Of a DNA stretch of 21,396 bases, positions 1 through 7,775 are shown in pieces. The DNA is from a virus (Duplodnaviria; Heunggongvirae; Uroviricota; Caudoviricetes). The stretch covers positions 1-21,396 of the IMG/VR virus record IMGVR_UViG_2737471827_000008; one strand, 5' to 3'. Within the stretch, counting starts at the first letter, position 1, and the number at the start of each line of letters is the position of its first letter. The notes below the pieces were generated by a model. That model searched no databases and was not told where the DNA came from. It saw only the letters and a program-made list of their open reading frames with translations. The position numbers and the translations under genes are program-made.

Positions 1-1179
1 CTTTGCCAGTTTTGGGTACTCTTCGGCAGAAAAAGGTGCACCGTTGCATTTCAGCCAGCCTGTTGGTGGTGTGGCTGAAGGCCACGGAACAGGCACACCA
101 ACGGGTAACGCTGAGCCTTCTCCCAAACCAAGGTATGTGAGAAGACCAGCTACATCCTTTCCACTCAAATTGGTAAGCGTATTGTCCAGCGGTTGTTTAC
201 CTGCCAGCGCATTAAGCATTGTCGTGGCAAAGTTCGGATCATTCCCCAGTGCCGCCGCCAGTTCGTTCAGTGTATCCAGTGCAGCAGGTGCAGAACCCAC
301 CATTCCTGCAATCGCCGATTTCACAAAAGCCGTAGTGGCAATCTGTGTATTGTTGACCGACTGCGCCGCCGTGGGGGCTGTTGGCGTTCCGGTGAGTGCC
401 GGACTCGACAACGGTGCTTTTAGTGCCAGCGCATTGTTAATGGTGGTACTGAAATTCGGATCATTGTTAATGGCTGCGGCTATTTCTTTCAGCGTGTCCA
501 GCGTGGCTGGCGCACCATTAATAAGGGCCGTCAGTGCCGCCTGTACAAACGCAGTGGTCGCAACCTGCGTGGTATTATTCCCCGCCGCTGGCGTTGGCGC
601 TTTGGGGGTTCCGGTAAATGTCGGGCTGGCTTTTGGCGCGTACTGTGAATGCGGGTCCGGTGCGGCAAGATGTTTTGCCATCTGATCATCCGCGTACACC
701 TTCAGCTCCAGTGCCTTGTCATCCACATACTTGCGGGTTGCCAGCACTACAGCAGGGTCGATTTTCAGGGTGATATTGTCCGTGCTGCTGGTAATCAGCA
801 CCATGCGCACGGTCTGAGTGCGCCCGCTACCTTCAGCCAGTTGCGGCTTATAGCTTTCCGGGCAGTTGCCCACGGCAATCAATGCCCCTGACTCATCAAA
901 CAGGCCCACTTCACGTATCCACCAACCGCCCTCGTTTTCAGGGATCACCTGTTCGGCAATAATCTGGCTGCTGTTCTGCGGGTCGATATAAAGCATATTC
1001 AGCGCAGCCCGGCGTTTCTCATTTACCAGTGCCGTCTGCTTTGCGTCCGGCGTTGGCAATACTCCACCGCCATCGCCCACCGCCATATGGGTAATTTTTA
1101 GCGGCACACCGAGCGCGGCGGCGCTGGCAAGTTTCGCCGCGCCAATATCCGTCAGCAGGGTATAAAATTTTGTGCTCAT
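1..1179 (-). CDS. H: Tail fibre protein (P2 gpH-like), N-terminal about 393 codons; gene runs off the left edge
   Basis: Minus-strand frame open from ATG at 1179 to position 1 (translates MSTKFYTLLTDIGAAKLA...), matching the conserved N-terminus of P2-family tail fibres. ATGA start/stop overlap with upstream gene I. The plus-strand ORFs at 44-891 are its antisense shadow. Confidence 0.8.
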   Translation of the reverse strand, partial: MSTKFYTLLTDIGAAKLASAAALGVPLKITHMAVGDGGGVLPTPDAKQTALVNEKRRAALNMLYIDPQNSSQIIAEQVIPENEGGWWIREVGLFDESGALIAVGNCPESYKPQLAEGSGRTQTVRMVLITSSTDNITLKIDPAVVLATRKYVDDKALELKVYADDQMAKHLAAPDPHSQYAPKASPTFTGTPKAPTPAAGNNTTQVATTAFVQAALTALINGAPATLDTLKEIAAAINNDPNFSTTINNALALKAPLSSPALTGTPTAPTAAQSVNNTQIATTAFVKSAIAGMVGSAPAALDTLNELAAALGNDPNFATTMLNALAGKQPLDNTLTNLSGKDVAGLLTYLGLGEGSALPVGVPVPWPSATPPTGWLKCNGAPFSAEEYPKLAK

Positions 1180-1781
1180 GGATTCACTCTCATTGTGTCA
1201 ATAACATGGACCGCCCCGCCTTCATGCGCGGTGCCACCGGAAATAATCGTTTCGTTGATATACGGATAGATCGTGATTTCTTCGCCAAGATAGCTGGCGG
1301 CTCCCACCCAATGCGGGCCGCTGGTCTGCAGATTGATGGACATGCCGATCATGTGGCGGCTACATGGTTTGGCATCGCTTATCAGTCGCTCAAGTTCCAG
1401 ATAGGTATCTTCAGTGATGCCCTGGTCCTGCACGCCGATATCCAGGCGAAACGTGCCCGGTGTTTCTCCGGTCTGCCACCACTCAATAATGCGGATCAGG
1501 AATCCGAACGGCTCCACCACCCGCCGCACGGCACTGGTGGTCCCTTTATGCTGATGAATATAAAAAGCATCCTTCACCACCTGGCGCTTGACGCTTTCTG
1601 TCCAGCCCTCGTCCCAGCGATCCACAGAGAACGCCCAGGCGAGATAAGGCAGGAAACTGACCGGACAGGTTGCCGGATTCCACAAATCACGAAGCGGCAC
1701 CTGCAGATCAGAAATCCCGCTGCAGGTTTGCGCCAGTCGGCGCTCCAGTGGTGTTGAACCCGGTGGCAGCAGACTATTCAT
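1176..1781 (-). CDS. I: Baseplate/tail protein I (P2 gpI-like)
   Basis: 201 aa ORF with N-terminal LLPPGSTPLERRLA motif typical of gpI; sits between J and H as in P2 and overlaps both neighbours. Confidence 0.75.
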   Translation of the reverse strand: MNSLLPPGSTPLERRLAQTCSGISDLQVPLRDLWNPATCPVSFLPYLAWAFSVDRWDEGWTESVKRQVVKDAFYIHQHKGTTSAVRRVVEPFGFLIRIIEWWQTGETPGTFRLDIGVQDQGITEDTYLELERLISDAKPCSRHMIGMSINLQTSGPHWVGAASYLGEEITIYPYINETIISGGTAHEGGAVHVIDTMRVNP

Positions 1782-2556
1782 CCGTTCCTCCGTTGGTTAC
1801 GCTCCACTGCGTACATGATGCCGCCTGTGTTTTGTTCAGGACCACATCCGCCAGAGGAGAAGCCAGCTCCACACGCTGCACCCCCTCAACATGCAGTGCG
1901 GCAAAGATGGCGCTACGGCGAATATCCCGACCAAGACGCGTCTGACTGGCGATGTACTTCTGCAGGCTGGCTTTTGCCGCTGCCATTACCGGCTCTGCTT
2001 CCGGTCCAGGATAGAGAAAAATGGTGGCTTCCACGCGATACGGGATGATTTCTGCGCTGCGAACCGTAAGACGGTCAGCCACCGGGCGGACGTTCTCACT
2101 GTTCAGAGCTTTTTCCACCACGTCCAGCAGGTCTTTTTCTGCAGTTCCATCGCCTTCGCGGCTAAGGACAGTCAGCACCACCTCTGCAGGTGCCGGGCTG
2201 GTTGCACTGGCATCCGCCACCCGACCGTCGGCGCTTCGGGCATGAAATTCATAAGCTGCAGTTGGCCCCGCAACAGAAAGCCCTTCAAAGGCTGCAGGCA
2301 CACGCAGGCGCAACGCTTCATCGCTTTCCATCACAGCTGCAACGGGCGGCACAGCATCATTATCAGCAGGCGTCACCGTCAGGCGTGTCACGTTGTAGTT
2401 GGCAGCGAGCTGGTCAAGATCGCCGCCCATCGCGTAAGCCACCATCACCGCCTGCGCGGCTTCGTTAATGCGCTGGCGCAGAAGCAACTCACGGTAAGCG
2501 TTCTCCTGCAACAATTTAGTGACGGGTTCAGATTCCAGTTCCAGCGTGCGGATCAC
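1774..2556 (-). CDS. J: Baseplate assembly protein J (P2 gpJ-like), N-terminally truncated; only a GTG start, possible pseudogene
   Basis: 260 aa ORF resembling the gpJ family as I recall it (P2 gpJ about 302 aa). Frame is open upstream only to a TAA at 2605-2607, with no ATG. Its GTG overlaps the stop of the R fragment. Confidence 0.6.
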   Translation of the reverse strand: MIRTLELESEPVTKLLQENAYRELLLRQRINEAAQAVMVAYAMGGDLDQLAANYNVTRLTVTPADNDAVPPVAAVMESDEALRLRVPAAFEGLSVAGPTAAYEFHARSADGRVADASATSPAPAEVVLTVLSREGDGTAEKDLLDVVEKALNSENVRPVADRLTVRSAEIIPYRVEATIFLYPGPEAEPVMAAAKASLQKYIASQTRLGRDIRRSAIFAALHVEGVQRVELASPLADVVLNKTQAASCTQWSVTNGGTDE

Positions 2557-2696
2557 TGCTTCCTGCTCATCTTTCGGATGGCCCCCGTGGCAACCAGCGA
2601 ACCGTTATCCACAAACAGATGCAGTTTGTCCGGGTTATTGCGAACATAAGGCACCGCTTTATTGAGGGCGTGGCGCAGGGATTGTGGTTTGTTCAC
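2553..2696 (-). pseudogene. R: Tail completion protein R (P2 gpR-like), N-terminal 47-codon fragment
   Basis: GTG start at 2696 preceded by AGGAG. Translation VNKPQSLRHALNKAVPYVRNNPDKLHLFVDNGS... resembles the gpR N-terminus as recalled, then diverges and stops after 47 codons (P2 gpR about 155 aa). Confidence 0.4.
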
Positions 2697-2949
2697 TGTT
2701 TCGCTCCTGACACGCAATAATCATGTCCACTTTGTCTGCACAGACCGCCCAGGCGGCCTCCGTTTCATCCAGCAACGCATTCAGATCACCGTTAGTGCGC
2801 GGTGCTGCCTGCTCCAGCCGACACGGCGTCACTCGCGGACAACCACTGACGGTAAGCTGCACCTCCGGTGAGCGTCGGACGTTCCCGCAGCCGGATAATG
2901 TCAGCAGGCAAAGGAGTATCAGCCCAGCGGCGTAAATCCTCGTTCTCAC
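2659..2949 (-). CDS. lysC: LysC-like outer-membrane spanin lipoprotein (Rz1-like), overlapping lysB in another frame
   Basis: 96 aa ORF with signal peptide and lipobox LTLSG|C. Begins inside lysB in a different frame and extends past it, the P2 lysB/lysC overlapped-spanin arrangement. Start is GTG, so the exact start is uncertain. Confidence 0.55.
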   Translation of the reverse strand: MRTRIYAAGLILLCLLTLSGCGNVRRSPEVQLTVSGCPRVTPCRLEQAAPRTNGDLNALLDETEAAWAVCADKVDMIIACQERNSEQTTIPAPRPQ

Positions 2950-3220
2950 GTTTCAGTTTCTCAATCCGGCGTTGTCGTTGTCTCAGCAGTGCGCTGGTCT
3001 GTTCTGCTTCGGCATAGAGCCGCGCCTGCTCCCGGTTATTGGTTTCAGTCAGAATGGACAGGCTGATAAGCTGGCTGTTGCTCTTTGCCAGTGCCTGGCT
3101 TTTGCTCTGCAGCTCGTCTGCCTGCGTGCTAATGGTCTGGCTGGCATCAGCCAGCCGCCACGTCTGCCAGCCCAGAGCCGCCAGTAATAACGCCAGCACA
3201 ACCAGCAGCAACCGGTTCAT
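2792..3220 (-). CDS. lysB: LysB-like inner-membrane spanin (Rz-like)
   Basis: 142 aa with an N-terminal transmembrane segment (LLLVVLALLLAALGW) followed by a charged coiled-coil-like region; ATGA overlap with lysA. Confidence 0.65.
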   Translation of the reverse strand: MNRLLLVVLALLLAALGWQTWRLADASQTISTQADELQSKSQALAKSNSQLISLSILTETNNREQARLYAEAEQTSALLRQRQRRIEKLKRENEDLRRWADTPLPADIIRLRERPTLTGGAAYRQWLSASDAVSAGAGSTAH

Positions 3221-3594
3221 GCTGCTACCTGTTGCGCCATCTGATTACGGGTGATCCAGAAGGCAATAACGGTCAGTAGATAAAAGACCAGGGTAATAGC
3301 CCACCCCGTCCATGCGAGACTTACAACAATCAGCAATCGCATCACCCAACTGATAAATACGTTTTCTTTTCGGGTAATTGTCTTCAGCAAAGATGCCCTT
3401 AACTCCTGCCAGAGCGGGCCATTCTGAATTAACGCAGCCAGTGCTACCGGAATTACCGCCCATGTCAGCAAACAGGCTACCCAAACGCCGGACGCTGCCA
3501 GTACCGGAAAGATCCCCTGCGGATACACCATTGCTGCGATTAACAGCGCCATCCATAACATCAGAAACAGTCCGCTGATTAATTTCTTTTTCAT
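3217..3594 (-). CDS. lysA: LysA-like polytopic membrane protein (lysis timing)
   Basis: ATG at 3594 (MKKKLISGLF...) with GGGAG upstream; about 125 aa with four hydrophobic segments; sits where P2 lysA sits, downstream of the endolysin. Confidence 0.55.
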   Translation of the reverse strand: MKKKLISGLFLMLWMALLIAAMVYPQGIFPVLAASGVWVACLLTWAVIPVALAALIQNGPLWQELRASLLKTITRKENVFISWVMRLLIVVSLAWTGWAITLVFYLLTVIAFWITRNQMAQQVAA

Positions 3595-3595
3595 T

Positions 3596-4108
3596 TCAGT
3601 TTGCTCCCTGTAAACACCAGGCCATCTCCCGCGCACGGCGGTTATCCAGCCCCTGATTAAACACACCTTTTACATAAACCCAGCGCGGCAACTGTCGGCA
3701 CGCATCCGCCCAGCGCCGCTGATTGAGCAATTTCACCAGCGTGGAGCTGCAGGCATTGCCTGTCCCCACGTTGAAGGCAAACGACACCACCGAGTCATAC
3801 ACCTTTTGTGGCGGCTGTTGCTTCACACATCTTTCCAGCGCCCGCTCCACACGCAGCACGTTGGAGATAAGCCCTTCTGCTGCCTGTCGTTCCGTAATGG
3901 TTTTGCCGGGAATGACGCCCGACGTATTACCAATGCCGTCAGTCCATACACCCGCGCTGCACTGATACGGCTGCAGACGACAGCCTTCGTAATCGGCAAT
4001 CAGTTTCAGTCCCTCCACGGAGGTGTGAAGCTGCTGAAAACCCGGCAGCGTGGCAGCAATAGCCAGCACGGTCCCGACAAGGCAGCGTTTAACGATTGAT
4101 GGATTCAT
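3596..4108 (-). CDS. Endolysin, T4-lysozyme-like fold with an N-terminal SAR (signal-anchor-release) segment; phage 21 R / P1 Lyz type
   Basis: 170 aa; weakly hydrophobic Gly/Ala-rich N-terminus (VGTVLAIAATLPGF) followed by lysozyme motifs (YEGCRLQPYQCSAGVWTDGIGNT...FAFNVGTGN...RRW). Confidence 0.8.
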   Translation of the reverse strand: MNPSIVKRCLVGTVLAIAATLPGFQQLHTSVEGLKLIADYEGCRLQPYQCSAGVWTDGIGNTSGVIPGKTITERQAAEGLISNVLRVERALERCVKQQPPQKVYDSVVSFAFNVGTGNACSSTLVKLLNQRRWADACRQLPRWVYVKGVFNQGLDNRRAREMAWCLQGAN

Positions 4109-4304
4109 AGTCCTCCCGCGAGATCTGCCCGTCGCGCAGAAGCTGGTAGGCTTTGTGTTTGTAGTACCAGTTGATAGCCAGCATCAGCACACCAATCATC
4201 AGGCCGCCCAGCGTTGAGGCATCCTTGATGGACAAATCGCCCAGCCAGGCCAGCACAACGGCGATGCAGTACGTGATAAAGGCGCTGATTCGCTCAAGCG
4301 TCAT
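4089..4304 (-). CDS. Holin, probable pinholin-type (two transmembrane segments, charged C-terminus)
   Basis: 71 aa with two hydrophobic helices and a basic/acidic tail; immediately upstream of, and overlapping, the SAR endolysin gene. Confidence 0.6.
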   Translation of the reverse strand: MTLERISAFITYCIAVVLAWLGDLSIKDASTLGGLMIGVLMLAINWYYKHKAYQLLRDGQISREDYESINR

Positions 4305-4307
4305 AAT

Positions 4308-4511
4308 TCAGTCCCATAGCTGGACGGTCTGCACGGTGGTGGTTGTCGGAATGTCCGGCAGCTCCACCTGCAGCCCGTGAGGTAAAAAGGGGCCATATTC
4401 GGCAAGCCCCGGATTTGCCTTCAGTACCTGCTCCGTGACACCCTGCGTGCGCCCGTAATGACGCCAGCAAAGCGCGTCCACCGTGTCATACTGATGCGCA
4501 CGCACTTTCAT
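4308..4511 (-). CDS. X: Tail protein X (P2 gpX-like)
   Basis: 67 aa, same size and position as P2 gpX; ATGA overlap with gene L. Confidence 0.7.
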   Translation of the reverse strand: MKVRAHQYDTVDALCWRHYGRTQGVTEQVLKANPGLAEYGPFLPHGLQVELPDIPTTTTVQTVQLWD

Positions 4512-4975
4512 CAGATAAGCTCCACTGTGCAGTGCGGCGCGTCCTGTACCCGGCTGATGGCCCAGCGGGCGTCACGCCATAAATCACCGCTGGCTTCCGC
4601 CAGTTCCTCGCCCCGCTTCACACCGGATGCCGTGGCGTCATAGTCCTGGTAACGTTCGTTGAGCATGGCGCGTGCCCAGCAGTAAACCGCGTTGAAATAG
4701 TGCTGAATGCGCTCACTTTTGCCGTCCAGCTGTTCCGCCGGAACCTCTGCCAGCGAGGCATACCCCAGCATCTGCTGGCGTCTGCGAAACTCATACAGCT
4801 CTGCGTTGACCTCCGAAATTGCCGACAGCGCAACCTGCTTTAAACGCGGCTGCGTCACCGTGCCGTCAGTGCGCATGACACTGCGAAACTCCGACAGGTC
4901 CACATCAGGCCAGAACGGCGTATTTCTGATGATTTCCGCCTGTTCCGGTGCCTGTTCTGGCGCAACAAACTTCAT
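4511..4975 (-). CDS. L: Head completion/stabilisation protein (P2 gpL-like)
   Basis: Start placed at ATG 4975 (MKFVAPEQ...) with AGGAGA upstream; the 5038 ORF start is a GTG with no RBS. Position after M matches P2. Confidence 0.75.
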   Translation of the reverse strand: MKFVAPEQAPEQAEIIRNTPFWPDVDLSEFRSVMRTDGTVTQPRLKQVALSAISEVNAELYEFRRRQQMLGYASLAEVPAEQLDGKSERIQHYFNAVYCWARAMLNERYQDYDATASGVKRGEELAEASGDLWRDARWAISRVQDAPHCTVELI

Positions 4976-5070
4976 GCTGCTTTCTCCTGAAATAGAGGGC
5001 GGTGGACGGGGTTTTGATGTGGCAGTGCCTTTCGCCACCCCGTGCCGCCCGTGCGCGGGGGCACGTTCTG

Positions 5071-5721
5071 TCAGCGGCTGTCATTGCGCAGTCTGCGCTC
5101 CAGCTGCTGTTTGTCTTTTTTCACGCCACAGCGGGGATCGAGCTGTAACGCATGGTTGAGATGATTAAGGGCAGACGCCGGATTGCTTTCACTCAGGACC
5201 GCGCCAATCGCTTTATGCAGACGCGCCCGTGACTGGTCCGGCATATCCAGACCGTCTGTCAGCTCCAGCGTCTGCAGCAACAGATCGGCATCAAAGCCGG
5301 TGGTGGCAAGCATTGCGCTCTGCGCGGCGTCTGCCATTTCCTCTGCCAGCACGGTCTGCACGTTGCGGTTACCCAGCGGCATCACCCAGCCATGACGCAG
5401 GGCATGACGCCCGATCTCCAGCGCTCCGGCATAATCTCCGGCATCAATGCGCCACAGCATCACGTACATCAGCACGTCATCCTGTTGAGCGCCTCCGGCA
5501 GCCAGGACACCCTCTGCCCAGGCGGCGTACTTCGGCAGCAGCTCCACCTTGATTTCCGCTTTTTTGACCGTGGACTGAACGCCCTTGAGACGGCGGCGGT
5601 CTTCCGCCAGTTGCAGCAGCATCAGGTCATAGCCCGATGCGTGGCGAACACTGCCGCCCTCGCGGGCGGCCTGTTCAGCCTGAACGCGCAGGCGATGCTG
5701 CCGTGCGGGACTCAGGCTCAT
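5071..5721 (-). CDS. M: Terminase endonuclease (small) subunit (P2 gpM-like)
   Basis: 216 aa ORF in the gpM position between L and N; sequence resembles the gpM family as recalled. Confidence 0.8.
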   Translation of the reverse strand: MSLSPARQHRLRVQAEQAAREGGSVRHASGYDLMLLQLAEDRRRLKGVQSTVKKAEIKVELLPKYAAWAEGVLAAGGAQQDDVLMYVMLWRIDAGDYAGALEIGRHALRHGWVMPLGNRNVQTVLAEEMADAAQSAMLATTGFDADLLLQTLELTDGLDMPDQSRARLHKAIGAVLSESNPASALNHLNHALQLDPRCGVKKDKQQLERRLRNDSR

Positions 5722-5724
5722 GGA

Positions 5725-6783
5725 TTACGCTCCGGTTTCGGCTGCGGCGGCGCTGAAATCACCAATCTGGATGTTTTCCACCAGTGCGGCGCAGCGGTAG
5801 TCCTCAACCACATAGGCTTCATTAACGGATTCAAAGTTTTCAATCCGGTCACGTTTCGGGTTGTCGATAACCGAACGACGGCGGGTGTCTTCCTGCCAGT
5901 AGATGGACAGGTTATCCAGACGGGTGATCAGCAGCGCATTCGGCGGGAAGAACGGCGCACGCACGGCCTGCAGGCCACCCATGCGTTTCTGACTGATGAT
6001 CATATCGGCAGCCAGTTTTTCACTGTTTTCCTGCTCTTTGTTGACCAGCGGGAAATACTTGTCAGACAGCAGTTCACGACCGCAAATCACAACCAGATCG
6101 TCATCGTCCTGATAGACCACGTCGATAAGCTCGTTAACGGCATCCATCACCACGGCGTCCAGGTTGGCATATTCGCCACCTTTCCCGACTTTCACCGCAC
6201 CCGGTGTGGTTTCACCGCCCGTGGTGGTGCTGCCCATGACGTGATCCGGTGCATCCTCACGGATTTTCTGCAGCCAGCCTTTATTCACATCCTGCAGTAG
6301 CGGGTTTTCGCTACGGTTGGAGGTTTTCGCACGCTTCACGCCGTTAAAGCCGATCATGATGCGGTCCAGTGCCTGACGTTTCACGATGGCGTTACGGATA
6401 CGCACCTGGAAATCCTGAAACTTCGCCCACAGGTCCAGCTTCGCGTAGGTCAGCACGGTGTCAAAGTTGGTCTGTTCGCATTTGTATTCCACATCGACCA
6501 TCAGCGTCGGATCGACAGGTTCACGCTCTTTCGCGGTGGTGTCAGTGGTTCCGGCAATGGTGCTGCCAACACCCATCCCCAGCAGCTGACCGGACTGCTC
6601 AGTCACTGGCGTGACGTTAATCAGCGTCAGGAAAGCGGCGGACTGCTGGATCTGGTCTTCCAGCGTCTGCTGCACAGACGGCTCTACAGTGAACTTGCTG
6701 GACAGTTCTTCAACTGCCACACCGTTCAGACGCGCCAGCTGCTGCAGGTAAGCGTTAAAAGCAAAGCGGGTATTCTTCTTCAT
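5725..6783 (-). CDS. N: Major capsid protein (P2 gpN-like)
   Basis: 352 aa (P2 gpN about 357 aa) in conserved position; GGAG RBS upstream. Confidence 0.85.
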   Translation of the reverse strand: MKKNTRFAFNAYLQQLARLNGVAVEELSSKFTVEPSVQQTLEDQIQQSAAFLTLINVTPVTEQSGQLLGMGVGSTIAGTTDTTAKEREPVDPTLMVDVEYKCEQTNFDTVLTYAKLDLWAKFQDFQVRIRNAIVKRQALDRIMIGFNGVKRAKTSNRSENPLLQDVNKGWLQKIREDAPDHVMGSTTTGGETTPGAVKVGKGGEYANLDAVVMDAVNELIDVVYQDDDDLVVICGRELLSDKYFPLVNKEQENSEKLAADMIISQKRMGGLQAVRAPFFPPNALLITRLDNLSIYWQEDTRRRSVIDNPKRDRIENFESVNEAYVVEDYRCAALVENIQIGDFSAAAAETGA

Positions 6784-6799
6784 CGGGTTTTGTGCTCCA

Positions 6800-7633
6800 T
6801 CAGCAATTGGTCAGAGTGTCAGCGGGGGCGTTACCGCCTGTTGCACGCTGGCGGTAGTCCTGGCGGCTGTCTTCATGACTCAGCTTGTCCACCAGTTCGT
6901 TAAAGGCGGTTTGCTGTGCCTGCAGGGCAGTCTCCAGCTCAGACAGGCGTTCTTCCTGCTCAGACAGGGATTTTTCGGTGCGTGCGCTCAGGTTCTGCTG
7001 CTCAGTGGCGACCAGCTCCACGGCCTTATGCACATCAGAGAACCGGGCGTCATCGGACTGCTCTTTTTTGGTAAACAGCGCCGTGACGCGGGCAAACAGG
7101 GACGGTTTGTCGTCCTGGATTTCTTCCAGTTCGATCACCGTTTCCTCTGCAGCGGTAAAGAGATTGGCAGGATTCTGCTTGCGGTTTGCCAGCGGGTTAT
7201 GGGCTGCACTGGCGCTGAATGTCAGCATTTCCGTACCCAGACTGGCGGGATCATCAGTGGCAGCCAGGCCGACCAGGTAGGCTTTGCCCGTATCAGCAAA
7301 CTTCGGGCTGACTTCCATAGAGGTGAATAATTTCTGTCCTTTTTTCACCAGTTCCACCAGGGACTCCGTTGGCTCAACGTCGGCATACAGCGCCATCTTG
7401 CCTGCCAGCGGGCCTTCCGTGATTTCTTCAGCAAACAGCGCCGTCACCTTGCCGTAGCGGTTAAAGGTGCTGTCCGGCAGATAAGACTTGATGTGCTCAA
7501 GGTTAATCAGCGCGGTATACACCGCCGGGTTGTAGCTGGCTGCCATCTGTTCCAGCCATTCACGCTGGATTTCGCGTCCGTCGGTGGTGGCACCTTCCAC
7601 CCCGATGCGAAAACGCTTTGCTTTCACTGTCAT
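6800..7633 (-). CDS. O: Capsid scaffolding protein (P2 gpO-like)
   Basis: 277 aa with a charged, helical C-terminal half; first gene of the minus-strand late operon, divergent from P. Confidence 0.8.
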   Translation of the reverse strand: MTVKAKRFRIGVEGATTDGREIQREWLEQMAASYNPAVYTALINLEHIKSYLPDSTFNRYGKVTALFAEEITEGPLAGKMALYADVEPTESLVELVKKGQKLFTSMEVSPKFADTGKAYLVGLAATDDPASLGTEMLTFSASAAHNPLANRKQNPANLFTAAEETVIELEEIQDDKPSLFARVTALFTKKEQSDDARFSDVHKAVELVATEQQNLSARTEKSLSEQEERLSELETALQAQQTAFNELVDKLSHEDSRQDYRQRATGGNAPADTLTNC

Positions 7634-7711
7634 GAGCCGTGCTCCGTTAGAAAAAACTTACTGGAGCCTTATGGTTGCGGTGATGGGGGCAGTGAAACAA
7701 TGCGCGGTATT

Positions 7712-7729
7712 TGTACCGACAACCACACA
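7712..7729. promoter_or_regulatory. TGT-N12-ACA dyad in the O/P divergent intergenic region (candidate Ogr/B late-activator site)
   Basis: TGTaccgacaaccacACA lies between divergent genes O and P; P2-family late promoters carry a TGT-N12-ACA activator site near -55. Confidence 0.35.
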
Positions 7730-7775
7730 AACCGCAGGCGGGGAAAGCCTTCATTCAAGGCTGTAGGTTTGTGCC

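Noticed and set aside
44-891. Plus-strand ORFs (213, 76 and 80 aa) at the left end
   Set aside because: They lie antisense to the continuous minus-strand tail-fibre H reading frame; their Ala/Gly/Ser-rich low-complexity translation is what the reverse strand of a fibre gene typically gives.
1891-2649. 252-aa plus-strand ORF
   Set aside because: Antisense to the J-like gene; Cys/His/Arg-rich translation typical of a shadow ORF in GC-rich coding DNA.
5392-6300. 302-aa plus-strand ORF
   Set aside because: Entirely antisense to the M and N (capsid) genes, which carry the recognisable homology; no RBS or promoter context.
7735-7747. AGGCGGGGAAAGC as the actual cos site
   Set aside because: It lies in the O/P late-promoter region, whereas P2-family cos sits beyond the portal gene. 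Kept as a curiosity under the O/P finding; the 12057-12075 site is better placed.
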